Assembly: GCF_039383305.1 (NCBI RefSeq) | Contig: NZ_CP135009.1 | Coordinates: 60,001 to 92,000 of the forward strand | From: Candidatus Saccharimonadota bacterium | GTDB lineage: Bacteria > Pseudomonadota > Gammaproteobacteria > Enterobacterales > Enterobacteriaceae | DNA: 32,000 nt | Reading direction: 5' to 3' | Shown here: piece by piece, positions 1 through 8,880 of the stretch | Numbering within the stretch: position 1 is the stretch's first letter | Layout of the letters: every line of letters starts with the position of its first letter | The notes under the pieces: generated by a model | Database searches by the model: none | Told to the model about the DNA's origin: nothing | Seen by the model: only the letters and a program-made list of their open reading frames with translations | Program-made: the position numbers and the translations under genes

Positions 1-702
1 TCAGTAATTGGTATAAAAAGTGCTAAAAAAAGTATTTCAAAGTTAGGATCTCGAAATATTCAAACTCAAATTTCTTCTATAATTTTTTCTTCTGAAGTAT
101 CATCTAATTTATTTTTTTATCTTTTTAAAGCGTTAAATGGATATTCTGTATATAAAAAAACTACATTTTTGTTATATTTATTAAATACTAGAATTTTTCC
201 TAAATGGTTAGATATTTATGAAAATCCATTTTATGATAAAGGATTATCTTCTAAATTATTTGATGGAGAAGGTGTTAAAACAATATGTAGAAAAATTGTA
301 AAAAATGGAAAAATTAAAACATGGTTATTAGATACTTATTCGGGAAAAAAAATTTTTCAAGAAACTACAGGGCATTGTAGCGGAATACATAATTGGTTTA
401 TTAATAGTCAAATTCCTAGATTATCTTTGAAGAAGTTATTAAAAAATATGAATAAAGGTATTTTAGTAACAGAATTAATGGGTGAAGGCGTAAATTTAAT
501 GACTGGTGATTATTCAAAAGGTGCTTCTGGATTTTGGGTAGAAAATGGGGAAATAAAATATCCTATTAATAAATTTACTATTTCAGGTAATTTATTAAAA
601 TTATGGAAAAATATTATAAATTTAGGAAATGATGCTAGAAAATATCAAAAAATTTCTTGTGCTTCAATTTTTTTATCTGAAATTCAAATTTCTGGAGTTT
701 AA
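1..702 (+). CDS. pmbA: PmbA/TldE metalloprotease subunit, 3' fragment (5' end lies outside the window)
   Basis: Frame 1 is open from base 1, upstream of the ORF-track start at 169. The C-terminus GILVTELMGEGVNLMTGDYSKGASGFWVENGEIKYP...GNDARKYQKISCASIFLSEIQISGV is collinear with the E. coli PmbA C-terminus ([36 protein letters not shown]...). Confidence 0.9.
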   Translation, partial: SVIGIKSAKKSISKLGSRNIQTQISSIIFSSEVSSNLFFYLFKALNGYSVYKKTTFLLYLLNTRIFPKWLDIYENPFYDKGLSSKLFDGEGVKTICRKIVKNGKIKTWLLDTYSGKKIFQETTGHCSGIHNWFINSQIPRLSLKKLLKNMNKGILVTELMGEGVNLMTGDYSKGASGFWVENGEIKYPINKFTISGNLLKLWKNIINLGNDARKYQKISCASIFLSEIQISGV

Positions 703-737
703 TTTATTAGAAAATTTTTTATTTATATTATATTAGA

Positions 738-1142
738 AAATGAAGTTGACCGATAAGCCGGGTTCTGTTTTAAACAGTCATTTATCTAGATTAATAATTA
801 CTTATTAATTCAAGCGACTTACCCGGGATTTTAATACGGGTTATATTATTAATCCCTGTTTAGTCTTGCACCAGGTGGAGTTTACCGCGCCAAAATTGTT
901 ACCAATTTTGCGGTGCGCTCTTACCGCACCTTTTCATCCTTACCATTTATTTTTTTTAAAATAATATTTTTAAAAATTAAGTAATATATATTAAAAAAAA
1001 TGTTTAGGCGGTTTTTTTTCTGTAGCACTAGTCGTAAAATTTCTTTCCCCAGGTGTTACCTGGCACCTTTACCCTATGGAGCCCGGACTTTCCTCTATTT
1101 ATTACCAAAATGTAATAAAATAGCGACTGTTTAGTCAACTTC
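738..1142 (-). ncRNA. rnpB: RNase P RNA (M1 RNA, bacterial type A)
   Basis: The reverse complement reads GAAGTTGACTAAACAGTCGC...GAGGAAAGTCCGGGCTCCATAGGG...GGTAAGGATGAAAAGGTGCGGTAAGAGCGCACCG...GGTAAACTCCACCTGGTGCAAG...ACAGAACCCGGCTTATCGGTCAACTTC. This matches the universally conserved blocks of E. coli rnpB. P1 is formed by GAAGTTGAC and GTCAACTTC. The 3' end is estimated by analogy and is good to a few nt. Confidence 0.93.
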
Positions 1143-1999
1143 ATTTAAAAATTTTTCTTGAATCATTTTATTGTACAGAAAATTTTTTTTTATTCCATAT
1201 ATTTTTTGCATAATTTTTATTGAATTAGAAAAAGAAATTTCAGAAGATAATATTTGAAAAATTTTTTTCATATTTTGTGTAATTTTTTTTTTTTGATAGA
1301 TTTTTGAACCTTCTAAAATAATTACTATTTCACCTTTCCTTAAATTAACATTTTTTTTAAAAAATAAAAAAATTTCTTGCATTGTACCTGTAATAATTTG
1401 TTCCCATATTTTGGTTAATTCTCTTGCTATGGTAATTTTTCTTGTAGGTTCAATTTCTTGAGAAAGGATTTTTAGTGTTTGAATTAATCTTTTAGGAGAT
1501 TCGTAAAATATAATAGTTCTTTTTTCTTTTTTAATTTTTTTAATTTTTTTTTTTTTAAAATTTTTGTTAGAAGATAAAAAACCTTCATAACAAAATGAAC
1601 TAGTTTTTATTCCTGATGCACATAAAGCTGCAATTGCTGCGCAAGGACCTGGAATAGGTACTACTCTAATATTTTTTTTATGAGATTTTTTTACTAATAA
1701 AAAACCTGGATCATTAATTAAAGGTGTTCCAGCTTTTGAAACTAAAGCTATATTATATCCTTTTTTCAATTTTTTAATATATTTTATGGTATTTTTTTTT
1801 TCATTAATCTTATTTAACGAATATATTTTATTTATTATAGAAAAATTTTTTAAAAGTATTTTCGTATGATGTATATTTTCTGTAATAATAAAATCTACAG
1901 ATTTTAAAATATTGACCGAACGATATGATAAATCTTGTAGATTACCTATAGGGGTAGATACAATATATAATAATCCAATATTATTTTTTTTTTATACAT
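1131..1999 (-). CDS. rsmI: 16S rRNA (cytidine1402-2'-O)-methyltransferase RsmI (YraL); the start is unresolved
   Basis: The ORF-track piece 1131..1769 (GYNIALVSKAGTPLINDPGF...VPIPGPCAAIAAL...FYESPKRL...ARELTKIWE) aligns to E. coli RsmI from about residue 83. The same frame stays open up to 1991 and encodes the conserved N-terminus IGLLYIVSTPIGNLQDLSYRSVNILKSVDFIITENIHHTK. That stretch has no in-frame ATG, GTG or TTG. An ATG at 1999..1997 is one frame off across a 10-A tract (1984..1993). The end coordinate 1999 assumes that ATG is used; 1979 (ATT) is the alternative. Confidence 0.8.
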
Positions 2000-2186
2000 A
2001 ATTTTTATCCTATAAATTTTTTAATAAGAATAACATATTTTACAAAATATTAATAATAAATTTATTTTAGAACTTTAAGTATATATATTTTGTATGGTAA
2101 TATATAAAAAATTTAAAAAATTTTTAAAATTAAATTTTTTTTATAAAGAATTTTTTTATAAACAATGTGATTGATAGGATTATAAT

Positions 2187-3404
2187 GTGCAAAGAGTCGT
2201 AATTACTGGAATGGGTATTATTTCTAGCATTGGAAATACTTTTTCTGAAGTGTTAAATGCTTTAAAATATGGAAAATCAGGAATTGTTTTTTCTGAAAAT
2301 ATGAAAAAAAAAGGTTTAAAAAGTAATATTTGGGGTCCCGTATATCTAAATAAAAAATTTTATATTTCTAGAAAAATAAAAAGATTTATGAATGAAGCTT
2401 CGAAATATGTATATTATGCGATGAAAGAAGCGATTTTAGATAGTGGTTTATCTTCTAAATTATATTCAAAAAATTTTAGAGTAGGTTTAATTTTGGGCTC
2501 TGGTTGTGGAGCATTAAATTCATATTTTGATTTTTTTAAAATTTTACAGTTACAAAAAAAATCTTGTTTTTTAAGTCCTTATTTTACATTAAAATGCATG
2601 CCTTCTTCTATATCTGCTTTATTAGGATCTATTTTTAAAATTTATGGTATAAATTATACTATAAATTCTGCTTGTTCAAGTTCAGCTAATTGTATTATTC
2701 ATGGTGTAGAATTGATTAAATTTGGAAAACAAGATATTGTTTTTGCGGGTGGTGGAGAAGAAATTAATTGGATTCTTGCAAAGCAATTTGATGCTATGGG
2801 AATTTTATCTAAAAAATTTAATCATATTCCTAAAAGAGCATCTCGTGCATATGATAAATTGAGAGATGGATTTGTTATTTCTGGAGGTAGTGGAATAGTT
2901 ATTTTAGAATCTTTAAAACATGCTTTAAATCGAAATGCAAAAATTTATGGAGAAATTATTCGTTATAATACATCTTGCGATGGTTTCCATATGACAACTC
3001 CTTCAGAATCTGGTGTAGTTCGTTGTATGACGCATGCTTTAAAAAATTTAAATATTCCGATTGATTATTTAAATACTCATGGTACTTCTACAAAAATAGG
3101 AGATATAGTTGAATTGAAGGCAATTCAGAAAAGTTTTAAAAATCTTTCTCTTCCATTTTTATCTTCAACTAAATCTATTACAGGGCATTCTTTAGGTGTT
3201 TCAGGGGTACATGAAGTTATTTATATTTTGTTAATGTTAAAATATAATTTTATTCCAGAAAGTATTAATATTTATAAATTAGATTCTTCAGCAAAAAATA
3301 TGAATATTGTACGTAAATGTTTTAAAAAAAAAATTAATGTAGTAATGTCAAATAATTTTGGTTTTGGGGGGAGTAATACTACTATTATTATTCAAAAATA
3401 TTAA
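2187..3404 (+). CDS. fabB: 3-oxoacyl-ACP synthase I (KAS I)
   Basis: GTG start preceded by AGGAT at 2176..2180. MQRVVITGMGIISSIGN matches E. coli MKRAVITGLGIVSSIGN. The catalytic Cys (SACSSS) and both His motifs (NTHGTST, TGHSLG) are present. Length is 405 aa versus 406 aa in E. coli. Confidence 0.95.
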   Translation: MQRVVITGMGIISSIGNTFSEVLNALKYGKSGIVFSENMKKKGLKSNIWGPVYLNKKFYISRKIKRFMNEASKYVYYAMKEAILDSGLSSKLYSKNFRVGLILGSGCGALNSYFDFFKILQLQKKSCFLSPYFTLKCMPSSISALLGSIFKIYGINYTINSACSSSANCIIHGVELIKFGKQDIVFAGGGEEINWILAKQFDAMGILSKKFNHIPKRASRAYDKLRDGFVISGGSGIVILESLKHALNRNAKIYGEIIRYNTSCDGFHMTTPSESGVVRCMTHALKNLNIPIDYLNTHGTSTKIGDIVELKAIQKSFKNLSLPFLSSTKSITGHSLGVSGVHEVIYILLMLKYNFIPESINIYKLDSSAKNMNIVRKCFKKKINVVMSNNFGFGGSNTTIIIQKY

Positions 3405-3471
3405 GAATTTTTTAAATCTTAAGTTTAATTAGTATATAAATAATAAAAAAAAATTATTTTTTTAAAAAAAT

Positions 3472-4440
3472 ATGGAATTCATTATGAATCAATTAGAATC
3501 TTTAAAAAAACATAGTATAATTGTAGTTGATAGCGGAGATATCGAACAAATATCAAAATTTTCTCCTTCTGATGCAACAACTAATCCTTCTTTGATTTTA
3601 CATAGTATTTTATCTAAAAAATATGAGTTTATTTTTGAAAATTCTTTGAAATATGCTCGATTAAAAGGAGGTACGCATAAAAAAAAAATTATGAATGCTG
3701 GAGATAGAATAGCTGTTATGTTTGGAAAAGAAATTTTAAAATATATTCCTGGTTATATTTCAACAGAAATTAATTCAAAATTTTCTTTTAATATTGAAGA
3801 GTGTGTTCAAAAAGCAGAAAAATTAATTAATATGTATGGCGAAATGGGTGTTAAGAAATCTCGTATTTTAATTAAACTAGCGGCAACTTGGGAAGGCGTG
3901 CAAGCTGCAAAAATATTAAAGAAAAAAGCAATATTGTGTAATTTAACTTTAGTTTTTTCTTTTGCGCAAGCTCAAATATGCGCTGAATCTGGAGTATTTT
4001 TAATTTCTCCTTTTGTAGGTCGAATTTCTGATTGGTATATGAAAAATTTTGATTCTAAAAATATTTCTAAAGAAGAAGACAAAGGAGTATTAGCGTTAAA
4101 AAAAATTTTTTATTATTATAAAAAATATAATTATAAAACTATTATTATGGGTGCGAGTTTTAGAAATATACAACAAATCTTTTCTATTGCTGGTTGTGAT
4201 AAAATTACTATTTCACCAATTTTATTAAACATTTTAAAAAATACAGTCGGTGACGTTCCTTTACGTTTAAATAAATTCGATATTGAAAAAAATTTTAAAA
4301 TTCCAAAATTTTTAAAAGAAGATGAATTTCGATGGTTACATAATCAAGATATGATGGCTGTTGAGAAATTATCGGAAGGAATTAGGCAATTTAATAAAGA
4401 TCAAAATTCTTTAGATAAATTAATTTCTCAAAATTTATAA
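3472..4440 (+). CDS. tal: Transaldolase
   Basis: DSGDIEQISKFSPSDATTNPSLIL and the Schiff-base lysine context ILIKLAATWEG match E. coli TalA/TalB. The true start may be the ATG at 3484 (MNQLESLKKH), which aligns better to the E. coli N-terminus. Confidence 0.93.
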   Translation: MEFIMNQLESLKKHSIIVVDSGDIEQISKFSPSDATTNPSLILHSILSKKYEFIFENSLKYARLKGGTHKKKIMNAGDRIAVMFGKEILKYIPGYISTEINSKFSFNIEECVQKAEKLINMYGEMGVKKSRILIKLAATWEGVQAAKILKKKAILCNLTLVFSFAQAQICAESGVFLISPFVGRISDWYMKNFDSKNISKEEDKGVLALKKIFYYYKKYNYKTIIMGASFRNIQQIFSIAGCDKITISPILLNILKNTVGDVPLRLNKFDIEKNFKIPKFLKEDEFRWLHNQDMMAVEKLSEGIRQFNKDQNSLDKLISQNL

Positions 4441-4522
4441 ATTTTTTAACAATTTTTTTAGTATATTTTTAAACAATTATATTAATATTTTGAAAATTTC
4501 TATATTTTTTAGAGAGGAATAT

Positions 4523-6517
4523 ATGGGTTTAAAAAATAAATTATCAAATGTATTAAGAATTTTAAGTATTGATGCAATTGAAGAATCACAATCAGGACAT
4601 CCGGGTGCTTCTATGGGTATGGCAGATATAGCAGAAGTATTATGGAGAAATTTTTATAAACATAATCCTACAAATCCAAATTGGTGGAATCGGGATCGTT
4701 TTGTATTATCTAATGGTCATGCTTCTGCTTTATTATATAGTTTATTACATTTAACTGGATATAAATTAAATATTCAAGATTTAAAAAATTTTCGTAAATA
4801 TTTATCTAAAACTCCAGGGCATCCCGAAGTATATCGTACTCCTGGAATAGAAATATCAACAGGGCCTTTGGGTCAAGGTTTAGCTTCAGGGATTGGTATG
4901 GCTATTTCTGAAAGTATTTTAGCTTCTATTTTTAATCGTTCTAATTATTCTATTATCGATCATTATACATGGATTTTTGTTGGTGATGGTTGTTTAATGG
5001 AAGGAATATCACATGAAGCTTGTTCTTTAGCGGGAACTTTAGGATTAGGTAAATTAATTGTTTTTTATGATAAAAATGATATTTCAATTGATGGAAATGT
5101 TTCGGAATGGTTTTCAGACGATACTAGAAAAAGATTTGAAGCATATAATTGGCAAGTTTTAGAAGTAAATGGTCATAATAAAAAAGAGATTTTTGAAGCA
5201 ATTAAATTATCTAAAAAAAATTTAATTCAGCCATCTTTAATTATGTGCTCGACTGTTATTGGATACGGTTCTCCAAATAAAGAAGGAAAATCTATTGTTC
5301 ATGGATCTCCTTTAGGTGCTCAAGAAGTTGAATTGACTAGATCAAAATTAAATTGGACTGATGATCCGTTTAAAATTTCTTCTAAAATTTATCAAGAATG
5401 GGATTTTAAACATCAAGGTAAACTTTTAGAAAATAAATGGAAAGATTTATTTTCGCAATATAAAAAAAAATATCCTGAATTGTCAGAAGAATATATACGT
5501 CGAATGTCACGTCGTTTACCTGAATCTTTTGAACTTTCTATAAAAAATTTTTTAGTCACAGTACAGAATTTACCAGAAAATATTTCTACTAGACAGTCTT
5601 CACAAAAAACTTTAGAAATTTTTGGAGCGATTTTACCTGAATTATTAGGAGGTTCTGCAGATTTAGCACCTAGTAATTTAACATTATGGTTAGGATCTAA
5701 ATCTATTTTTAAAAATAAATCAGGAAATTATATTCATTATGGTGTACGTGAATTTGGTATGACATCTATTGCCAATGGAATTTTTCATCATGGTGGTTTC
5801 ATTCCTTATACAGCAACTTTTTTAGTGTTTTCTGATTACGCGCGAAACGCAATTCGTATGGCTGCTTTAATGCATACTCATCAGATTTTTGTATATACAC
5901 ATGATTCAATTGGTTTAGGTGAAGATGGCCCTACTCATCAACCAATTGAACATATTTCTAGTTTACGATATATTCCTAATTTAAGTGTTTGGCGTCCTTG
6001 TGATACTGTAGAAACTGTTTCTGCTTGGTATTACGCGGTAAAAAGAAAGAACGGTCCTACAGCTTTAATATTATCAAGACAAAATTTACTTCAATTTTCA
6101 CGTGATATTTCGCAAACTAATAATATTATGCGTGGAGCATATATATTACGTGAATATGGTCAAAAAATAGATTTAATTATTATTGCAACGGGATCAGAAG
6201 TAGAGTTAGCAGTTACTGTATCAAAAATTTTATTTAAAAAATCATATGGAGTTCGAGTAATTTCAATGGTTTCTACAGATGTTTTTGATTCTCAAAATAG
6301 TTCATACAAGAATTTTATTTTACCAAAAAATATTATTAAACGTGTTTCTATTGAAGCAGGTTCTAGTGAATATTGGTATAAATATACTGGATTAGATGGT
6401 TTACAGATTGGTTTAAATAATTTCGGAGAATCAGCATCTGGCTCAAAATTATTTGAAGTATTTGGTTTTACTGTAAAAAAAATATTAAAACGTCTTAAAA
6501 AATTTTTAAAAGATTAA
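4523..6517 (+). CDS. tkt: Transketolase
   Basis: The start was moved from the ORF-track TTG at 4490 to the ATG at 4523, which is preceded by AGAGAGGA (4511..4518). MGLKNKLSNVLRILSIDAIEESQSGHPGASMGMADIAEVLW is collinear with the E. coli TktA N-terminus, and the match continues along the full length (GDGCLMEGISHEA, THDSIGLGEDGPTHQP). Confidence 0.95.
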   Translation: MGLKNKLSNVLRILSIDAIEESQSGHPGASMGMADIAEVLWRNFYKHNPTNPNWWNRDRFVLSNGHASALLYSLLHLTGYKLNIQDLKNFRKYLSKTPGHPEVYRTPGIEISTGPLGQGLASGIGMAISESILASIFNRSNYSIIDHYTWIFVGDGCLMEGISHEACSLAGTLGLGKLIVFYDKNDISIDGNVSEWFSDDTRKRFEAYNWQVLEVNGHNKKEIFEAIKLSKKNLIQPSLIMCSTVIGYGSPNKEGKSIVHGSPLGAQEVELTRSKLNWTDDPFKISSKIYQEWDFKHQGKLLENKWKDLFSQYKKKYPELSEEYIRRMSRRLPESFELSIKNFLVTVQNLPENISTRQSSQKTLEIFGAILPELLGGSADLAPSNLTLWLGSKSIFKNKSGNYIHYGVREFGMTSIANGIFHHGGFIPYTATFLVFSDYARNAIRMAALMHTHQIFVYTHDSIGLGEDGPTHQPIEHISSLRYIPNLSVWRPCDTVETVSAWYYAVKRKNGPTALILSRQNLLQFSRDISQTNNIMRGAYILREYGQKIDLIIIATGSEVELAVTVSKILFKKSYGVRVISMVSTDVFDSQNSSYKNFILPKNIIKRVSIEAGSSEYWYKYTGLDGLQIGLNNFGESASGSKLFEVFGFTVKKILKRLKKFLKD

Positions 6518-6580
6518 GAGTAATTGAATTTTTATATATAAATTTTTTTTTTAATTATAAAAAGGTATTAGGAATTTTAG

Positions 6581-7708
6581 ATGTGTAATGATGTAGTTAG
6601 TATTACAAAAAAATTAGTTAGTATTCCTTCGGTTACTCCAAAAGATTTGGGTTGTCAAGATTTTTTAATTCAAAGATTATCTTCATGTGGTTTTAAGATA
6701 GAAATTTTAAATTTTAACAATACTAAAAATTTTTTAGCTTCTAAAGGGGAAGGACGTTCTTTATTATTTTTAGGTCATACAGATGTTGTTGATCCTGGAT
6801 GTTTAGAAGAATGGGAAACAAATCCTTTTTCTCCTAAAATTAGAAATAATTATTTATATGGACGTGGAACTTCTGATATGAAAGGGGCAATTGCTGCAAT
6901 GTTAGGCGCTACTGAAGGATTTATTTTAAAGAATCCTAAACACGTTGGTCGTTTATTGTGGTTAATTACATCTGATGAAGAAGGAGAAGGAACTGATGGT
7001 ATTCGAAAAGTATCGAATATTTTAAAAGAGCGTAATGAAAAAGTTGATTTTTGTTTAGTAGGTGAACCTACAAGTGAAAAAAAATTAGGAGATTGTATAA
7101 AAAATGGGCGAAGAGGATCATTAAATGCTGAATTAAAAATTTATGGAACTCAAGGTCATATTGCTTATCCCTTTTTAGCTGATAATCCAATTCATAAATC
7201 TTTAAAATTTTTAAAAGAATTATCAAGATATGTATGGGATTTAGGTAATAATTTTTTTTTACCTACTCAAATACAAATTTATAAAGTGTTTACACAGAAT
7301 CCGTGTAGAAATATGATCCCTAAAATATTAGAAGTAGAATTTAATTTTCGTTTTTCTCCATTAAGAACTATCAAAGAATTAAAAAATATTGTATATTTTT
7401 TATTAAAAAAAAATAATTTAAAATATTCTATTCATTGGCAATTATATGCGGATTCATTTTTTTCACGTTCTATACAATTAAAAACATTATTATCACAATG
7501 TATTAATCAAATAACAAATTTTCGACCTGTAATAAAAACTTCAGGAGGAACTTCAGATGGAAGATTTTTAATTGATATTTCTGATGAAATTATAGAATTC
7601 GGTTTAAAAAATAATACTATTCATAAGGTTAATGAATGTGTGAATATTTTAGATTTAAAGAATTTAGAAAAAATTTATACTTCTTTATTAGAAAAAATTT
7701 TTTTATAA
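6581..7708 (+). CDS. dapE: Succinyl-diaminopimelate desuccinylase
   Basis: 375 aa, the same length as E. coli DapE. Conserved blocks: GHTDVV, GRGTSDMKG, LITSDEEG, VGEPTS, KNGRRGSL, GTSDGRF. Confidence 0.95.
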   Translation: MCNDVVSITKKLVSIPSVTPKDLGCQDFLIQRLSSCGFKIEILNFNNTKNFLASKGEGRSLLFLGHTDVVDPGCLEEWETNPFSPKIRNNYLYGRGTSDMKGAIAAMLGATEGFILKNPKHVGRLLWLITSDEEGEGTDGIRKVSNILKERNEKVDFCLVGEPTSEKKLGDCIKNGRRGSLNAELKIYGTQGHIAYPFLADNPIHKSLKFLKELSRYVWDLGNNFFLPTQIQIYKVFTQNPCRNMIPKILEVEFNFRFSPLRTIKELKNIVYFLLKKNNLKYSIHWQLYADSFFSRSIQLKTLLSQCINQITNFRPVIKTSGGTSDGRFLIDISDEIIEFGLKNNTIHKVNECVNILDLKNLEKIYTSLLEKIFL

Positions 7709-7756
7709 ATTTTTTATATAAAAATTTATTATTTTCTAACATATTTTAAGATTTAT

Positions 7757-7794
7757 TATGCAATGATTATTCAATTTATCTTTATCATTGCATA
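7757..7794. terminator. Stem-loop between convergent dapE and dapA; candidate bidirectional terminator
   Basis: An 11-bp inverted repeat, tatgcaatgat (7757..7767) and atcattgcata (7784..7794), with a 16-nt loop and A/T runs on both sides. It lies in the 237-bp gap between convergent genes. A second overlapping hairpin is possible: tgcata 7789..7794 with tatgca 7801..7806. Confidence 0.4.
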
Positions 7795-7945
7795 AAAATT
7801 TATGCATTAAAAATATATATAAAATATTAGATTTAATTAAAATAATAATTATTATATTTTTTATAAAAAATATAAATATTGATAGTTATTAGAGTTTTTT
7901 AAGAAGAATTTTTTATTATATTTTTTGAATATAAAATTTTTATAT

Positions 7946-8815
7946 TTAAATTGTTTTTAAAATTGATATTAATTTTAATTTATTTTTTTTTGTTAATTTC
8001 GTTAATGGTAATCTTAAGGTATTATTGGAAATTAATTTTAAATATTTCGCTGCCCATTTAATAGGGATAGGATTAGTTTCTGAAAATAATATTTTATGTA
8101 ATTTTTTTAATTTTTTATTTTTTTTATAAGCTTTTTTAAAATTTCCTTTTAAAGCTAATTGATATATTTTAGACATTTTTTTTGCTGCAATATTAGCTGT
8201 AACAGAAATTACTCCATGCCCTCCTAATTTAACAAAATCTAATGCAGTTAAATCGTCTCCACTTATTAACATAAAATTTTTTTTAACTTTTGATAAAATT
8301 TTTTGTACACGGGTTAAATCTCCAGTAGCATCTTTAAGACCAATAATATTTTGAAATTTTGATAAACGAATAATAGTTTTAGGTAATAAATCACAACCTG
8401 TTCGTATTGGTACATTATATAATATTTGTGGAAGATTTGTATTTTCTGTGATAGCTTTAAAATGTTGATATAGTCCTTCTTGTGTAGGTCGATTATAATA
8501 AGGTGTGACACTTAAACATGCAATAATACCTGAATTTTCAAATTTTTTAGTTAAATTAATACTTTCTAGTGTAGAATTAGATCCTGTACCTGCAATAATT
8601 GGAATTCTTTGATTAGCTATTTCTACAGTATATTTAATAATTTTTATATGTTCATTTGTATTTAAGGTAGCTGATTCTCCAGTTGTACCAACAGATACAA
8701 TTGCAGTAGTATTATTTGAAATATGATATTCTATTAAATTTTTTAAACTTTTTTTACAGATATTACCTTTTAAATCCATAGGAGTGATTAACGCTACAAT
8801 ACTACCTTTTAACAT
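7946..8815 (-). CDS. dapA: 4-hydroxy-tetrahydrodipicolinate synthase
   Basis: [57 protein letters not shown] and the catalytic lysine context IIGLKDATG match E. coli DapA. Length is 289 aa versus 292 aa. Confidence 0.95.
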   Translation of the reverse strand: MLKGSIVALITPMDLKGNICKKSLKNLIEYHISNNTTAIVSVGTTGESATLNTNEHIKIIKYTVEIANQRIPIIAGTGSNSTLESINLTKKFENSGIIACLSVTPYYNRPTQEGLYQHFKAITENTNLPQILYNVPIRTGCDLLPKTIIRLSKFQNIIGLKDATGDLTRVQKILSKVKKNFMLISGDDLTALDFVKLGGHGVISVTANIAAKKMSKIYQLALKGNFKKAYKKNKKLKKLHKILFSETNPIPIKWAAKYLKLISNNTLRLPLTKLTKKNKLKLISILKTI

Positions 8816-8880
8816 TTTTATATTTCCTAATCTATATAATATTTTAAGAATTAATGTTTATTTTTTAGTTTAAAAAATTT

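Noticed and set aside
1792-1801. Suspected frameshift in rsmI at the 10-A tract separating the N-terminal part from the 1131..1769 ORF
   Set aside because: Careful re-translation shows that the frame is continuous across the tract (AAT GAA AAA AAA AAT ACC). The ORF track starts at 1769 only because that is the first in-frame TTG. The real anomaly is at the start, 1984..1999.
4490-4522. 5' extensions in the ORF track: tkt TTG 4490, smrB TTG 10244, metG TTG 19720, ydiK TTG 25829 and thrS ATG 28328. Conversely, infC is truncated to the TTG at 30372.
   Set aside because: Alignment to the E. coli N-termini, together with Shine-Dalgarno-like sequences, supports the internal ATG starts at 4523, 10259, 19732 and 28361, and an upstream ATT at 30297 for infC. 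The extensions encode non-conserved residues.
8314-8511. 65-aa ORF on the minus strand, nested inside dapA in another frame
   Set aside because: It lies entirely within the well-supported dapA CDS. It has a low-complexity Ile/Leu/Lys/Tyr composition with no recognisable motif and no ribosome-binding site. This is the kind of spurious ORF expected in roughly 80% AT DNA.
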